Source: the human T2T-CHM13v2.0 reference genome, Homo sapiens
NCBI RefSeq assembly: GCF_009914755.1
Contig: NC_060932.1
Reading direction: 5' to 3' (one strand)
Length of the DNA stretch: 64,000 bases
Positions within the stretch are counted from its first letter, which is position 1; every line of letters starts with the position of its first letter. The notes beneath the pieces are model-generated. The model had not been told where the DNA came from, made no database searches, and saw only the letters and a program-made list of their open reading frames with translations. A program made the position numbers and the translations under genes. Below are positions 1 through 14,156 of this stretch, in pieces.

Positions 1-11
1 CAAAAAATAAA

Positions 12-14
<3 letters not shown>

Positions 15-82
<68 letters not shown>
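15..82. repeat. Compound tetranucleotide microsatellite (GATA)11(GACA)6
   Basis: Read directly: GATA units 15-58, GACA units 59-82, after an A-rich run. Confidence 0.95.
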
Positions 83-576
83 TAGATACAGAGAGAACAG
101 TGAACTAAAAGCTCAGAAAGAAATTTTTAACATAATAACACAAGAAAGCACAGAAATAAGTCTATTTCAGAATGCCTTTTCTTAGTTACTTCTTAGCAAT
201 GGCACATTAAAAAATAAAATCATATACAGCAATGTAGAAAGAAAACAAAATAATTACTCCTTAGACCTGATCACATAATCATATTGACATTTTGATGTTT
301 CTTGTCCATCTTTTCCTATGCATAGTCACTATGTGCATGCATTTACAAATTTAATAATGTACTGTTTGAATTAAAGAATTTATTTAATAAAACATAAAAA
401 CCAAGCGGAAATGTATTTAAATATTCAACTGAGTTTATGGAAATGAAGGCTTTTCTTAGCATAAATATAAAGTGAAAACCACTGACAAAATTAATTACAT
501 TAAACTTTAAACTCATGAATGTCAAAAACATCCTAAAAAGGCTATGACAAAATGTACTTGTATAGCCTAAAATTAA

Positions 577-949
<373 letters not shown>

Positions 950-2273
950 ATCTATATATATTTTTATTATATCTTTACAAACTTTTTTTTACTTTTAAAA
1001 CTCATTTAAAGCTTTATATTTTGTTATGCTCAGAATATATACTCAGTAAAAGTGTACTATTGCAACTTCATAATCTATTTGTCAAAAGAAAATCATAGGA
1101 AATTATTCACAAAAAGAATATAAAAAGATCAATTACATAATTAAGGGCTCAGTGTTGTAATATGGACTGAAAATACTTTAGGAGTTCAAAGAAAGAAAAT
1201 ATTTATGAGAGAGTAAACAATTCTTAGAGAAAATAGAAACTGAGTTCAGCTTTGATTTTCTATAGTAAGAAGATTCCTTTATTTTTGCATAGGACCATAT
1301 ATGAGCTTAGCCTTGAAGTAAGTTGTGATGGAGCTCACTATTAGAGCAATACAGGAAGTACACAAGGCAGAACAGGCACAAAATGGCCTAAGCTATCTGT
1401 GGGGCTATCCCTAGAGGGGTGGAATCAAGGTCTAAATCATGTCTGGGAGGACTGGCAAGGCTGGTACTCAGACAGAGGGCATCTACTCTTATGGATGGCA
1501 AGTGTCATCAAAAGGCAGTAGCATGTCAAGAGGCTGTCATGATCTTGGGGACAAATGCTCCAGTCTAAAGCAGAGCCGCAGTATTTGACGAGTGTCCAAG
1601 GATAAGATTTAACTCTGTGACAGAGGGGTTAGAAAGTGCTTAGTAGGTTCCAGGGAGTGTCCTACACCTATGAAAAGGGTATTGTTTGGAGCAGTGTCTG
1701 ATTTCCAGCAATAACTTTGAATACCAACCAAGAAATAGGGCTGAAGCCAAACAATATGGATAATGGCATCATCACTGGGAATTCTAAAGAGAAGACACAG
1801 GTGCCCAAGGAGCTTATCCCAAACCCATTAGATAGACATCTTCAGTCATCAAAGCTGAGTTCAGATTCTACCTGCTGGTATAAATAGGGCTTCTAAAACA
1901 TAGTCACATTTGGGCTCCAGATTAGGGTGGAGCTGAGCTTGTAACATCAAAGTTCTTTGTGACCTGCAGTTGAACAGAGTTTGGAAAGTCAGAAGCTGAC
2001 ATTTTCCAGTTTTCCAAATGCTTCCATATGTGCCATCTTATTTGAAAGCCTACAGACCTTTGGATCAGGAAAAGCAAGTATATTTTCCATATTTTGGACA
2101 GAAGACATGATATTCCTAGGTCCTGTGGTCAGTAAAAAGGTGTTCTATCTCTTAGTGTTCCTCCCTTGAATTGTAGACAGTCCTGGTTTTTATTTAGCTA
2201 GATGATTAAAATTCAAGTTATCATTAGAGAAATAAGGTTGTAAAGCCATGAAGGCTTTCATATTGTGAATGAT

Positions 2274-2962
2274 GTATTAGTCTGTTAGGGCCACCATAAC
2301 AAAATACCATTGTCAAGGCAGCTTAAAGAACAGAAATCATTTTCTAGAGGCTAGAACTCCAAGATCAAATGTGAGTAGAGTTGGTTTCTCCTGAGGCCTC
2401 TCTCCTTGGCTTGTACATGGCCTTCTCCCTATGTCTTCAAAGGGTCTCCTCTTTGTGCCTGTGTACAAATTTCCTCTTGTAATAAGGACACCAGTCATAT
2501 TGGATTAGAGCCCACACTAATTCACTCATTTTACCATAATTACCTCTTTAAATATCCTATTTCAGGCTGGGTGTGGTGGCTCACGCCTGTAATCCCAGCA
2601 CTTTGGGAGGCCGAGGTGGGCAGATCACAAGGTCAGGAGTTCATGACCAGCCTGGCCAATATGGCGAAACCCCGTCCCTACTAAAAATACAAAAATTAGC
2701 CAGGTTTAGTGACGGGCGCCTGTAATCCCAGCTACTTGGGAAGCTGAGGCAGGAGAATCGCTTGAACTTGGGAGGCAGAGGTTGCAGGGAGGCAGAGGTT
2801 GCAGTGAGCCAAGATCATGCCACCACACTCCAGCCTGGGCGACAGCTCAAGACTCTGTCTCTAAATAAATAAATAAATAAATATCCTATTTTTAAAGATG
2901 TTCACATTTGAGGTACAAGGTGTTAAGAACACAACATATGATGGTCGGGGGCACAATTCAGC
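2274..2962 (-). mobile_element. MaLR solo LTR (MLT1B-like), interrupted by an Alu
   Basis: tgtattagtctgttagggccaccataacaaaatacca start, ttgtaataaggacaccagtcatattggattag core, ggggcacaattcagc end. Confidence 0.8.
2565..2880 (+). mobile_element. Alu SINE, AluS-type
   Basis: ggctgggtgtggtggctcacgcctgtaatccc...(TAAA)n tail; target-site duplication aaatatcctattt at 2550-2562 and 2879-2891. Confidence 0.95.
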
Positions 2963-3989
2963 TTATCCTTTTAAAACACATCAGATTTTAAAATTTTAGT
3001 TTTGAAGATAGGAGTGACACAATAGGAAATAGGGAGACACTGAAAGCTTTTGAAACAAGTGTCATCATGAAAGCCATATTTAAGAAAGATTAGTTTGGCA
3101 ACTGATTGTAAAATGGCTCTGGGAAAAGATCAGAAATAGGGATACCAACTGGAAGGCTGTTAAAACAGTCTAGAAAGGATGTCATGGAAGTATAGTGATG
3201 TTTCCAAAGGAGTGCAAGTTTGAAAGTGTGATGGAACTCCCCCTTTTTGTTCTTAAAGCTTTGAGTAAAAGTATGTCATACAATACATTTCTACATTTCT
3301 GTAAACAGTACCACAAAGAATTCTGGTTAATGCTATAATAGAGCAAGAAAACCACATAAAGGACTACATAGAAGGTAACAAAAATGTATTCTAGATGCTG
3401 CACTAATGTTGTATAATAATCATCTAACATGCTACTGGTATAGTAATTTTTGCCCATCCATCATGCATTTCTTTAGCAAGCATGTATTAGGTAACAACTA
3501 TGTCTTCTGAACAGAAAGTAAAAAGCTTAATCCTCCCCTAGAGGAGCCTAAGTTATTATTTATGTTGCCTAAAAGTGTATGTATTATTTTTTTCAAATAA
3601 TTTGAACATTTTTTCTTATCTTTGCCAAAAATCTGCTCTAGGCCTTAAGCTCCATGAGCAATCATTAATTTACCCACCCATAAACCACTGAGAAGCCATC
3701 AAGCTCCTTTTCCACTGAGAGGCAGGGCACTTTCTTTATAAGAATAGTCCTACTATAAACATGCCAGAAAATACACTCTCATACCTGAAGCCTCTGCTAA
3801 GTGCCTTCAATCACCCTAATTCCCATTGACTTCAAAGGGAGCTCAGAAAAGATATGGTGGAGAAACAAGAAGTTGGCAGGAGTTGTACCAACACATCCTC
3901 AAGCCACAGTGTGTTAAAAACACAAACCTTTCATGAAGCTAAGTGCCAACAAATGATACTTAGCATTTTCAAAGAGCTTCCCAATAGTC

Positions 3990-4100
3990 TAATTAAATGC
4001 TGTGAGGTCAATCAGTATTATTAGCCTCATTGTGTAGATAAGAAAATGGAAACACAGAAAGGTTAAGTGATGTGCCCAGGCATTCATAGTTCAACAGCAT
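3990..4100 (-). mobile_element. MIR fragment
   Basis: attattagcctcattgtgtagataagaaaatggaaacacagaaaggttaagtgatgtgcccagg resembles the MIR core. Confidence 0.65.
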
Positions 4101-5189
4101 TCATGTTAGTGTCTGAGCTCACAGGGTCTGACAATGACAACCATGGAGTGCTTCATCCTGTCTTCCAGTTCCCCTCAGAAATATTCTCGCTCACTATAAT
4201 TCCTCAGTCACCATTTATGAACATTCTTTACGTCTGTTAAAGGTTTGATTTAACTTCTGAAGGTGAAAATACTTATCCCACATCAGAAAATAACCAAAGT
4301 GTCTCCTCAAATAGCTCCAAATCCAAAGAAGTATATTAGAGATAGATAAGATTCTTCTGAACATGAAATTTTATTGATGGAGAATGCTATAAAATTATCA
4401 TTTATATATATGCTCATGTGTGGGGCTTTTTTTGTACATCTTACTGATAAATATAGAGGTAATGAATTCCCCATGATGATTAACTCAGTGAAAATCCTCG
4501 AAGTTCCATAAACTCTCATAAATTTTCTTGAACCTTATCATTGCAAGAGATTATTCAAAATGATGTTGAATCAAAGTCTGACACATTAAAACGATACAAC
4601 CAAAAGTTATAGCCTTAGTATAAATTGTTACTCCCATCACATTGAACGTTAGTATTGGCTTAAATGTCATCCTCTTGATAAAAAGGTTGCAATTTAAGTT
4701 AGTTCTTTACCTACTCCTAATAATTTTATTGCAAGTTCATACAAGTACCACCATTAGTAGATGTAACTAATACCTGTACATACTAAACTTCATGTTCCTA
4801 ACAGTTTGCTTAAAGGCAAAGTATTGCCTAATTTCTGTTTTTGATAAATACGAAAAAAATCAATCTTTCATTACTGGGCTTATATTTCAGTAATAATAAT
4901 AATTGTAAAAGTAAGCTTTTAATATGCACGATTCTGGTTATTTCCGGGAGATTTGATCTTGAAAGGTGAAACATATTAAAATTAGAGGGCTCTACCCTAA
5001 GCCCCTTCAATGTGTTGCAGAAGTCCTTTAATGTTGGATTAGAAGAGATATCCAATATTAGTGAATATAATGGCTATACTTTCTTTAGCCCCGGGATCAG
5101 CTTTCCTTTTCTAAGGAAAATTATTCCAGATCTATCGATTTTTCTCTTTCTATTACAGTCTGTTCAAGTAATCCTTAAAGTAGACATGG

Positions 5190-5420
5190 AAGCAATATAA
5201 AATAGTGGTTAAATTCTGAAGTTTGCTCCACTTAGGTTCGAATCCTAATTTAGCCAACATGCAAATGTGTAATCTAGAGCAAGCTGCTTAAGACCTCTAA
5301 GCCTCTATTTTCTCATATGTACAATTGGAGAAATAGACATGTCTACTTCATTATTCCTGTATGAATTAAATGAAATAAAACACATAAAGCACTTAATATA
5401 CTACCTGGAATAAAGGTCAG
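5190..5420 (+). mobile_element. MIR fragment
   Basis: ggttcgaatcctaat...acctctaagcctctattttctcatatgtacaa...taaagcacttaata. Confidence 0.65.
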
Positions 5421-8400
5421 TATTGTTGTTAGAATGAATACAATAGAACTTGCAAATTGATCAATTTACCTTTATTGACTTATTTTAAAATATGCAATCT
5501 CTAAGCATTTTTTAATGACTACCTTGTGTATAGAACAGATATTCTACATAAAATTCCAATTAGTTTATTGGATGAGAAAAAAAATGGTTTCTGTTTTGTG
5601 GCATTAAAAGTCTAGTGGAAAAGGGAAACCAACTAACCATGAAGGGACTGAAGAAAATATGAGTTTGTAAAATATTTTATACTAAAAAGTAAATTTTCTT
5701 TTTATATATTGAAAAGGTTAGCAATATCAGAAACAAAATAATAAGAGAGTGGTATTTACAGGGGAGGTTATTGTGATGGACGATTGACATGTTAGTAGAC
5801 AACCAGCATTTTTTGAGCACCTTTCAGAGAAGCCTGACTTCCCTTCCCTGTCCTCCTCTGCACATTGAGGTCATGTGGCCTCAGCTCCACCCATGAGTTG
5901 CACCCACACAATACTTTTGCTTAGAACTCACTTTCTGGCAAGACTGTAGCTGTAGTACTTATTCCGGGGAGGCAAAAATGACGAAGATGCTAGTGTCCAC
6001 ACCCAAGCATCAGCAAGGGCAGCTATGGACCTGACTCCTGTCCTGGTAGGGGCGACCATGCTGTTCTTGAGCCAACTCATACTATGGTTTGGCATTGCTC
6101 CTGTCTTAAGATCTTCCAAGCTTGACTCTCTGGCCTTCCCAGGAAGTCTGTAAGCTACTTAATGTCACCCAATAAAGTATTTGACTATTTAAACCATATA
6201 GACTTTGCCCCATTGTCTGAATCTCAAACTTTAAGATTCCCTACATGATGTATCTCTTTAGACAAAAGTTTAAGAGATGGGAAAGGCTTGAGGCACTCTA
6301 GCTGATATGACTACTATTCTATTCACTAATATGCTGCTTTCCTCTCTAGCACAGACACAATAGAAATGCTATATTTTCCTGTTCCCTTCAACTTAGCCAC
6401 AGCTTGTGACTTGCTTTGCCTGATGAGTAAGAAGTGATGCATATTGTTTCCAGACAAAGCCATTTAATTCCCAGTTCTCTAGTCTCTGCCTCTATCTTCC
6501 CCGCTGAGGCAGTCATGTATGTTTGTGCTGATGTAGGAGGAACAGTACTGAGCCTCGTGGGGAGTATAGTGTCCCCACAGAGTGGGGACAAAAATAATTC
6601 CATAATAAAATTAAAATTTCTGATTACTCCTGCTAAGACATCTGATGCCATTACTACTGGGCCATGTCTCAAGTACATTTCACTATGTATTATATTGCTT
6701 TTAAAATTATATCCTAGTAGGTTAGAGATTCTCCTCAGCCTTGTTCCTCTATAAGACTGTGAATTATCTGAAAGTAAGATCCACAGCTAATTCACTTTTA
6801 TGTCACCAGAACCAGTTCAGACTTTGACATATGCTACAACTTGAATAAATGAGTGGTGATTATAAACCCTATAAATGGAATTGATGGCATGACAAAGGCT
6901 TTGCTCTTTACGTAGCAGAACTGTAGGATGTCTTCCAATGCAGTAGTTTTATATATGTAATAGCTGGCCACATGTTGACCGTCTTCTCAGAGCAGATGGC
7001 AAAGTTCTCCAAGGGCACCTCCAAATCAAATTGGGAATTTCTAATGAAACATGGGAGTGGTCTCAGCTGGTAGAAATGCTTGGGATTGGGAAAACAAAGT
7101 TAAGTAATTAAATGAGTTGTCATTATCGATGCAACTACAACTATGAGGTCAAGGCCTAGGCCATCAAAAGTGGCTGTACCTCATCAACTTTGGTCTTAGA
7201 TTTAACTCTGAACATTTCATTCTTGTCACTCCTCTTTCATCCTGGCCTGCCACTGACTGTCCCCACATTCTCCCCAAAGAGCAGAGCGCAGGCTGGCTGG
7301 TGGAGATGTGTTTGTTAATGGGACAGGAGTAGAGAAGTGATGGAGGGCCTGTCAAGGCACTTGCTCCAGTCTGTGCTACTGCTGTTTTACATGCAGCAGT
7401 GTCTGAGGGTGAGGCAAGCTCAGAGTTGCCTTTGAAGCAACAAAGGACTATTTCATTGAAGGCTAGCTTCTCTCCTGCCTATTTTGCTGCTACCCAACTC
7501 AATAATTTACTGGAAAGGAATGCTGTATACTAACAGTTTTCTCACATAAAATATCCATTGGATCTAACTTCTTGTATACCAGTGTCTCTGGAAATGTGAG
7601 GGAAAATATATTGCTCTAGCTAAAGCAGACTGTTTATGTTTCACCAAAGTTTAGTTTCTAAGCAGATTTTCACTGCAGTCTCCAATATATTTAGGAAAAC
7701 AAAGTTCCCAGAAAATACCCTCTATTCTTTTAACCAGGCTCAAAGCCTGAGAAAACCTTAGCACAAAACAATAACTCAGTTATATTTATCATCTGAAACA
7801 CCATCCAGAAGAGTATTTCAAAAATTACATACTAGGAAAGATAAGACACTACCCTATAATTTTCAGGAACAACTGTATGTCAGGCTGCCAGAAAATTTTT
7901 ACAACACATTCAAATTTAGCTGAACTTATATGACTTCAATCAGTGAAACTGTTTCCAGACCCAGGGGCCACAAAAGCTGTTATCAGGTTTCCCCAGCCTG
8001 CTGCCACATGTGTGTCGGAAACCAAACGCCACACACTCTAGGCTTCCTCAAGTCCTCAAAAGCTGATAGGAAGATAGTCCTCTCCCTCGTCTTCTTGTCC
8101 ATGGAAACCACCTTTTCAGCCCTCCTTTTCCGAGTAACCAAATCTTCCTTCTTCAAACAGGTGAAAGGGCCGGCCAGCTCTCTGATGCAGCCACATCTTT
8201 CTTTCCTGGAATCTAATTTGCAAAATGTTTAGGCTGGAACTTCAAGGGTATGAACTGATGTGACCATTGAGGGCAGATGTAAAGAAATCCCACAGTAGCA
8301 GGCTCCCAGCCAAATTTACAGTGTCAAGTTATCTGCCTAAAAAATGTTACAAGGGCCATAGAGGTGCCCAGAGTGAGGGCCTGCCAATTAGAAGGAGTGT

Positions 8401-9319
8401 GAATGAGACTTATGGGGCTGGCCAGGGTGACAGGGCCACAGTCATCATTTGGCAGGAGGCAATTTAAAGATAGGTGTCTGACAGCATAGCCAGGGTTCCA
8501 AGAGCTTTTGCGCAGTTCTTGGAACTGCACTCTCTGTTGTAATTGTTTTACTCAGATTAAAAGTACCTACTGTTCACTCCAGTTGCTGAATTTTAACAAG
8601 CACTTTTTTCTCTTAGGAAGCCAGCACTTGCAATTTAGTCAATGTTCCAGAGGTGTGGGATAGAGAAGCAGGAGAAAAAAGCACCATATTTCCATTTTTT
8701 TTTTAACCTATTAGTGGGGGAAAAAAAGGATAAGAATTGAAAGCAAATCACAAAATGAGCATCAAAATCAATGCTATACTTCACCAAGGGTAACATTTCT
8801 AGCATTATGAATGTTACATTTTATTAACTCAAGGATTTACATAGTAACATAGAATCATTTGAAACCATCTTAGCAGAATTAGATTTTCTAAAGAGGATGG
8901 TGAGATCCATAGAACAGGGTGAGAAATATTACAATTAAAAGAGAAATTAGACTGTTTTATGCAGTGCTCCTTGTGTTTAATTATCACATATACATGAAAT
9001 ACTGAACTAGTCAACCCCAAGTAATGAATTTTCAGAGTGTGTTTAGACTGCGTATAATAACTTGGTTGCAAACTGTCACAAGATTGAGATGAATCTGTAT
9101 GGAATATGATACTTTCAGGGTTCTTGGGACATGTATCTTTCAAGGGAACATTAGAAGTAATTGGCATTAGGACAGCTAGAGGAAAACTTGCAGGTCGTAA
9201 ATTATCCATAAGGTAAAAGAGGTGAAGTTAAACAAATTTCAAGATCAACTTCAGCAGTATTCACTTCACTTTTTGGTTTCCTCACTGGTAAAATAACACA
9301 TTTAGCTAAAATCAAGAAC

Positions 9320-9545
9320 TAAAAGTTTAGTGTTCACTATGCCAGTTTCAATATGTTCTAGGTGCCCTCTGTGTATTTTCTCATTTACTCCTCAAAACCA
9401 ACCCTATGAGGTGGGAACTGTAATTACCCCCATTTTACAGATGAGAAAATGGAGGCCACAGAAGTTAATTGGCCCAAGGATCTACTGCATATCTAGCTTA
9501 GTACCTGAAGCAGGACTCAAGTCAGGTAGCCTGGCTCTGAAGCTT
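9320..9545 (-). mobile_element. MIR element
   Basis: tcatttactcctcaaaaccaaccctatgaggtggg...cccattttacagatgagaaaatggaggccacagaagttaattggcccaagg. Confidence 0.8.
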
Positions 9546-11541
9546 GTGCTGAAGACATCTCCAGCTATAAAATTACAAGATTAGCATTGTGATTGGTTAT
9601 GCACACACGCAAAAGTTTGAATTCTCTTTGGTTTAGATGTGTCTGAGGAGTAGAAGTGGAAAATTGAAAAATATAGAGATACCGTTGAGGCACCTTCTCT
9701 TCTCTATGTATTACTTGCAGGAATAGAGTTGAGAAACTCAAATCAGGCTATATTTATGTCAAAAAATGTTTTCTAACATCAGAAATGAAATATATATGCA
9801 ATAATTATTTACTATGTATTTTGTTTAAACATTTTAATCATTTAACTTCCAATGTTTTAGATGTTAGTATTTTTAATATTTCAATGTTTATCTACTATTG
9901 CAAAATAGCTACCACAACAGCATCTTAATGTGGAAAGTTAAGTTTTTAGTTGTCAGGTCCCAGAAGGGCAATTGATAAAACAGGTCTGTTCTTATCTCAG
10001 GGGACTTCTCCACAGAGAAGAAGTGATTGCAGCATATTACTTCTGGGTGGCCCAAGCAATCCAGAGTGTTGTTAACAAAATGATAGCAGCTTCTTTAATA
10101 AAACAGAAAGATAATTCTTGTTCCTAGATGCTAGGTATATTTTTAACACAGACAGAGTATATTGAAGCTCGACCTTAGCATCTAGGTAACTTATTAGTTT
10201 TTAATAAGAGATTCGCTTCTCGGACATCCATCCAGCTTAGTACTTGAGATAATTTCAAAAAGCAAAGTTTCTATTGCTATTTGCACATTTTCCCCTTTTT
10301 TCTTAAGATTCATTCGATATTTGGCAACATAAAAGCACAGCCACAATTCTATTAATTCTCAGTGATATCTGGTGCTCTCATTAGAACCCAGGGCCCTTGC
10401 TCCTTGATAAACAAGCTAAAAATTCAAATTCAATTCAAGAATTAAGCAGAAGCTCACTGAGAAGAAGAGAGCTAGAAATCTCATTCTTTTTGATCTCTTA
10501 AAAGCCCACCCAATTTCCTGTATCTCTACTTTAAATTTTGAAAATTAATCACTATTCTTCTTTTCTTGATAAATATAGAAAGCCTGTAATTGCAGGACAG
10601 TCTCAATGTATGTATGCCTGCCTTTCCTCCAAACCACAGGAAGACCACCCTAGGCTTCTCCTTTTTGTGCCTCAGATGGGCCGATGCCAGCAAGCTGCTC
10701 TGAACTGCAAAAGGATATCAAAAATAAAGCATAAATCATTAAGGAAGGAAAATCCACTGCTTTCTTATCCTTCTGGTTCCTAGGCTATTCCAAATGTCAG
10801 GGCACATCAGAAATTTAAAGTTCAAGGATGATGTATTAGTTTTGATTCAGTACTTAGGAAAACTGGCAGCTCTGAAGCAGGGAAAGCTGCACAAAATCTG
10901 CTTTGGCAGAAGCTTTATTTGGGAGGGGGAGAGCTGGAACAGCTATGGGAATCTGGCTTTCTCCCTTGCCATAGAGAAAAATAGAAGTAAATAACCAGTG
11001 CTGACTAGCTTTGGCTTCAGATGTCCAGCAATTATTAAATGCACTTTCAGTAAATTAAGAGAGTGATGACCCACAGGACCATGCAAACCATTTATGGTGC
11101 TGAAATACTTGAGAGGAAAGCTTGATTTTTGTATTAAGGTTTATGTATCATGATTGAGAGCATGTGTAAGAATAGAGACAGGGATTCAGAATGTGTACTT
11201 CCTGGAAACCATGTTTCTGACTTATGGAAACTCCAGTACTTATAAAAATGATAATTAAACATTACAGTCAATAAAAAGCAATTGATGAACAGATTTTTTT
11301 TCTCCTTTGAAGGTAGCAAACAGAACATAGCCTTTCACAAGTCTTCCTGGCCAGTGCCAGCTTTCCCAGAGCTGGGAAACTCCACTTCCCATCCCCAGCC
11401 CCACCCTCACAGCCTGAGCAGACACTGTGTTGATTAATCACATTATGTCTCAAGAAATCCCAGTGAAAAACCCCAGTTACAGTGAGAAGGTTTTGCACCT
11501 GAAACTTCATTTAGTCAGCCATATTGACTTGAATATGGTTC

Positions 11542-12381
11542 TGATACAGGAAGGGGGCAGGGAAGTGCTGGGAAGAGAAGGGCATAGCCCCTGGTTAGGG
11601 CTGCACCCCCGGGCCTGTGCCCATGGACCTAGGTGAGGACAGGAACTCCTGTTTTCTTGCCCAAATGTTGCATTTTCCAAGACCACCCTGGCCCACCACA
11701 CCCCCATCCTGTGCCTATAAAAACCCCAAGACCCTAGTGGAAGAAGACACAAGCGGCTGGACCTCGAGAGGAACACACCAGTAGAAGACACAAGTGGCTG
11801 GACGTTGAGAGGAACACACCAGCAAAAGAACACAGCAGCAGATGCCGGCAGGCCATCAACCAGCGGAATGACGCAGAAGCCGAAGGGAATGTGGCCAGGG
11901 CGGCTGGAGGGGAGTCTGGCCGCTGAGTGACCTGACTCCAGAGAGAAACCACCTTCCCACTCCATCTCCCTTCTGGCTTCCCATCCATCTGCTGAGAGCT
12001 ACTTCCACTCAATAAAACCTTGCCCTCATTCTCCAAGCACACGGGTGATCTGATTTTTCCCGTACACCAAGGCAAAGACCCTCGGATACAGAAATCCCTC
12101 TGTCCTTGAGATAAGGCAGAGGATCTAACTGAGCTGATTAACGCAAGCTGCCTACAAACGACAAAACTAAAAGAGCGCGCTATAACACATGCCCACTGGG
12201 GCTTCAAAAGAGCTGTAAGCATTCACCCCTAGGCACTGCCGTGGGGTCGGAGCCCACGCTCTCCACGACCTGCCAGTCTGCCTGCTCCCCCTAGGGGTTT
12301 TGAGCAGCGGCGCACCAAAAAAGCGAGCCACACCCCCATAGCACGGCCTGCAAGGGGGATACGGGAACTTTTCCCGTTTTA
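11542..12381 (+). mobile_element. ERV1-class solo LTR (LTR1/LTR27/LTR28-like family)
   Basis: Begins TGATACAGG, ends cccgtttTA; TATAAAA at 11716, AATAAA at 12011; GC-rich relative to flanks; 4-bp TSD gttc/gctc. Confidence 0.85.
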
Positions 12382-13232
12382 GCTCTATTTTGAATTCAAT
12401 CTGATAGTCTACCCCTTTCTAGCTAGAGCAAAACAAAACATTCTGAGCAAAATTGTTATCCCCTATGTGTTGCAAAATGATCGATTTTTTCAACATGGAT
12501 GCCTAAAGATCCAGAGCAGATAATTGGCAGCAATTTTTTATTTGCTCAGTCTCTAGTTTTTTGGCTCATTCATTGTCTTTATTTACTTTCTTCCAATGAA
12601 GACAGGAGACCTGTAAGGTGAAATCCTCAAAAACCTAAATAACTCATTTTCAGCAAGTTGGGATTTTATGGTGATAGAGGACAGAGGCTGCTAGCCACTT
12701 CTCTGCCCAATGGACTCAGAATGATTCTTTCAGAACGCGAAGTGGGCCCCTTGTGGTAAGGCGAATGTGAGGTGAGTCATGCTTTGCTCCCTCAGGAACA
12801 TTTTGGGATCTTTCCCTAAAACCTTGGTGACAGATGGAGAAATTTTTCTAAGGGACCAGAGGCACCGAGTTGATTTGGGAACAAGAACCAAATCAATGTG
12901 TGAGGGTACATCTACTGCAGTCTGTGCAGAAAGACAAATCAACAAGCACTTCAGGACAGCAGAGGACAAGAGCAGGAATTGAAGCCCCTCCTGTTATTTC
13001 AGCTGCTGGAGTTCGTAGACCTTCCCTCTAGAATCGTGCTGCTGACGTGATTCAGTATCCACTTCCCAGTTTCTATGTCTCACTCAGTTTGAATTGTGGA
13101 GAGGGAAATAATTTTTTGTACAAAATGGGGAGATGTCCATATCTAGACCACTCAGCTATGGCCAGGGAGCTACGCCAACTTCCAGGAGGCTGTGAGGATT
13201 AAGTCAGACAGTATTCTATAGAAGGTGGAGAG

Positions 13233-13521
13233 GGCCAGGAGCCGTGGCTCACGCCTGTTAATCCTAGCACTTTGGGAGGCAGAGGCAGGAGGATTACTTG
13301 AGCCTAGGAGTTTGAGACCAGCCTGGGCAACGTGGCAAAGCCCTGTCTCTACAAAACATACAAAAATTAGCCAAGTGTGGTGGCACAGGTCTGTAGTCCC
13401 AGCCACTCCGGAGGCTGAGGTGGGAGAATCACTTGAGCCTGCGAGGTGGCGGTTTCAGTGAGGCAAAACTGCACCACTGCACTCCAGGCTGGGCGACAGA
13501 GAGAGACTGTCTCTAAATAAA

Positions 13522-13553
<32 letters not shown>

Positions 13554-13560
13554 CAAGCAA
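13233..13560 (+). mobile_element. Alu SINE, AluJ-like, with (TAAG)n tail
   Basis: ggccaggagccgtggctcacgcctg...gagcctaggagtttgagaccagcctgggcaac; tail converted to a TAAG microsatellite. Confidence 0.9.
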
Positions 13561-13599
13561 CCTGGAGAAACACCTCAGTGTGAGTCCACTATGCCAATC

Positions 13600-13768
13600 A
13601 GCACTTCTCAACTTTCCTGGGCATAAAGATATTCTGGTATCTTGTTAAAATGCAGATTGTGATTCCCAATAGACCTGAGATGGAGCTGGGGATTCCTCAC
13701 TGCTAACAAGCTTCCAGGTGATGTCAATGCTATTTATTCACAGCCCACACATTCTTTGAGTAGCAAGG
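13600..13768. mobile_element. MER5A-like hAT-Charlie DNA transposon relic
   Basis: cttgttaaaatgcagatt...taacaagcttccaggtgatg...ctttgagtagcaagg. Confidence 0.65.
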
Positions 13769-13778
13769 CGTTACACTC

Positions 13779-14156
13779 TGATATAATTTGGTTCTGTATC
13801 CCCACCCAAATTTCATCTCGAATTATAATCCCCATGTGTGGAAGGAGGGACTTGTAATCTCCACATACAAATGAAGGGAGATGATTGGATCATGGGGGTG
13901 GCTTCCCTCCTGTTGTGCTTGTGACACTGAATGAGTTCTCACAAGATCTGATGGTTTTATAAGAGGCTCTTCCCCCTTCACTTTCTCTTCTCCCTCCTGT
14001 GCCATGTGAAGACAGTCCTTGCTTCCCCCTTTGTCTTCCACCATAATTGTAAGTTTCCTGAGGCCTCCCCGGGCATGTGGAACTGAGTCAATTAAACCTC
14101 TTTCCTTTATAAATTACGGGTATTTCTTTATAGCCCTGTGGAAACGGACGAATACA
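13779..14156 (+). mobile_element. MaLR solo LTR (THE1D/MSTA-like)
   Basis: tgatataatttggttctgtatccccacccaaat...gagtcaattaaacctcttttc...aataca; perfect 5-bp TSD cactc (13774-13778, 14157-14161). Confidence 0.9.

Noticed and set aside
11507-12222. 152-aa and 162-aa minus-strand ORFs
   Set aside because: Lie in a GC-rich LTR where stops are rarer; no recognisable protein features
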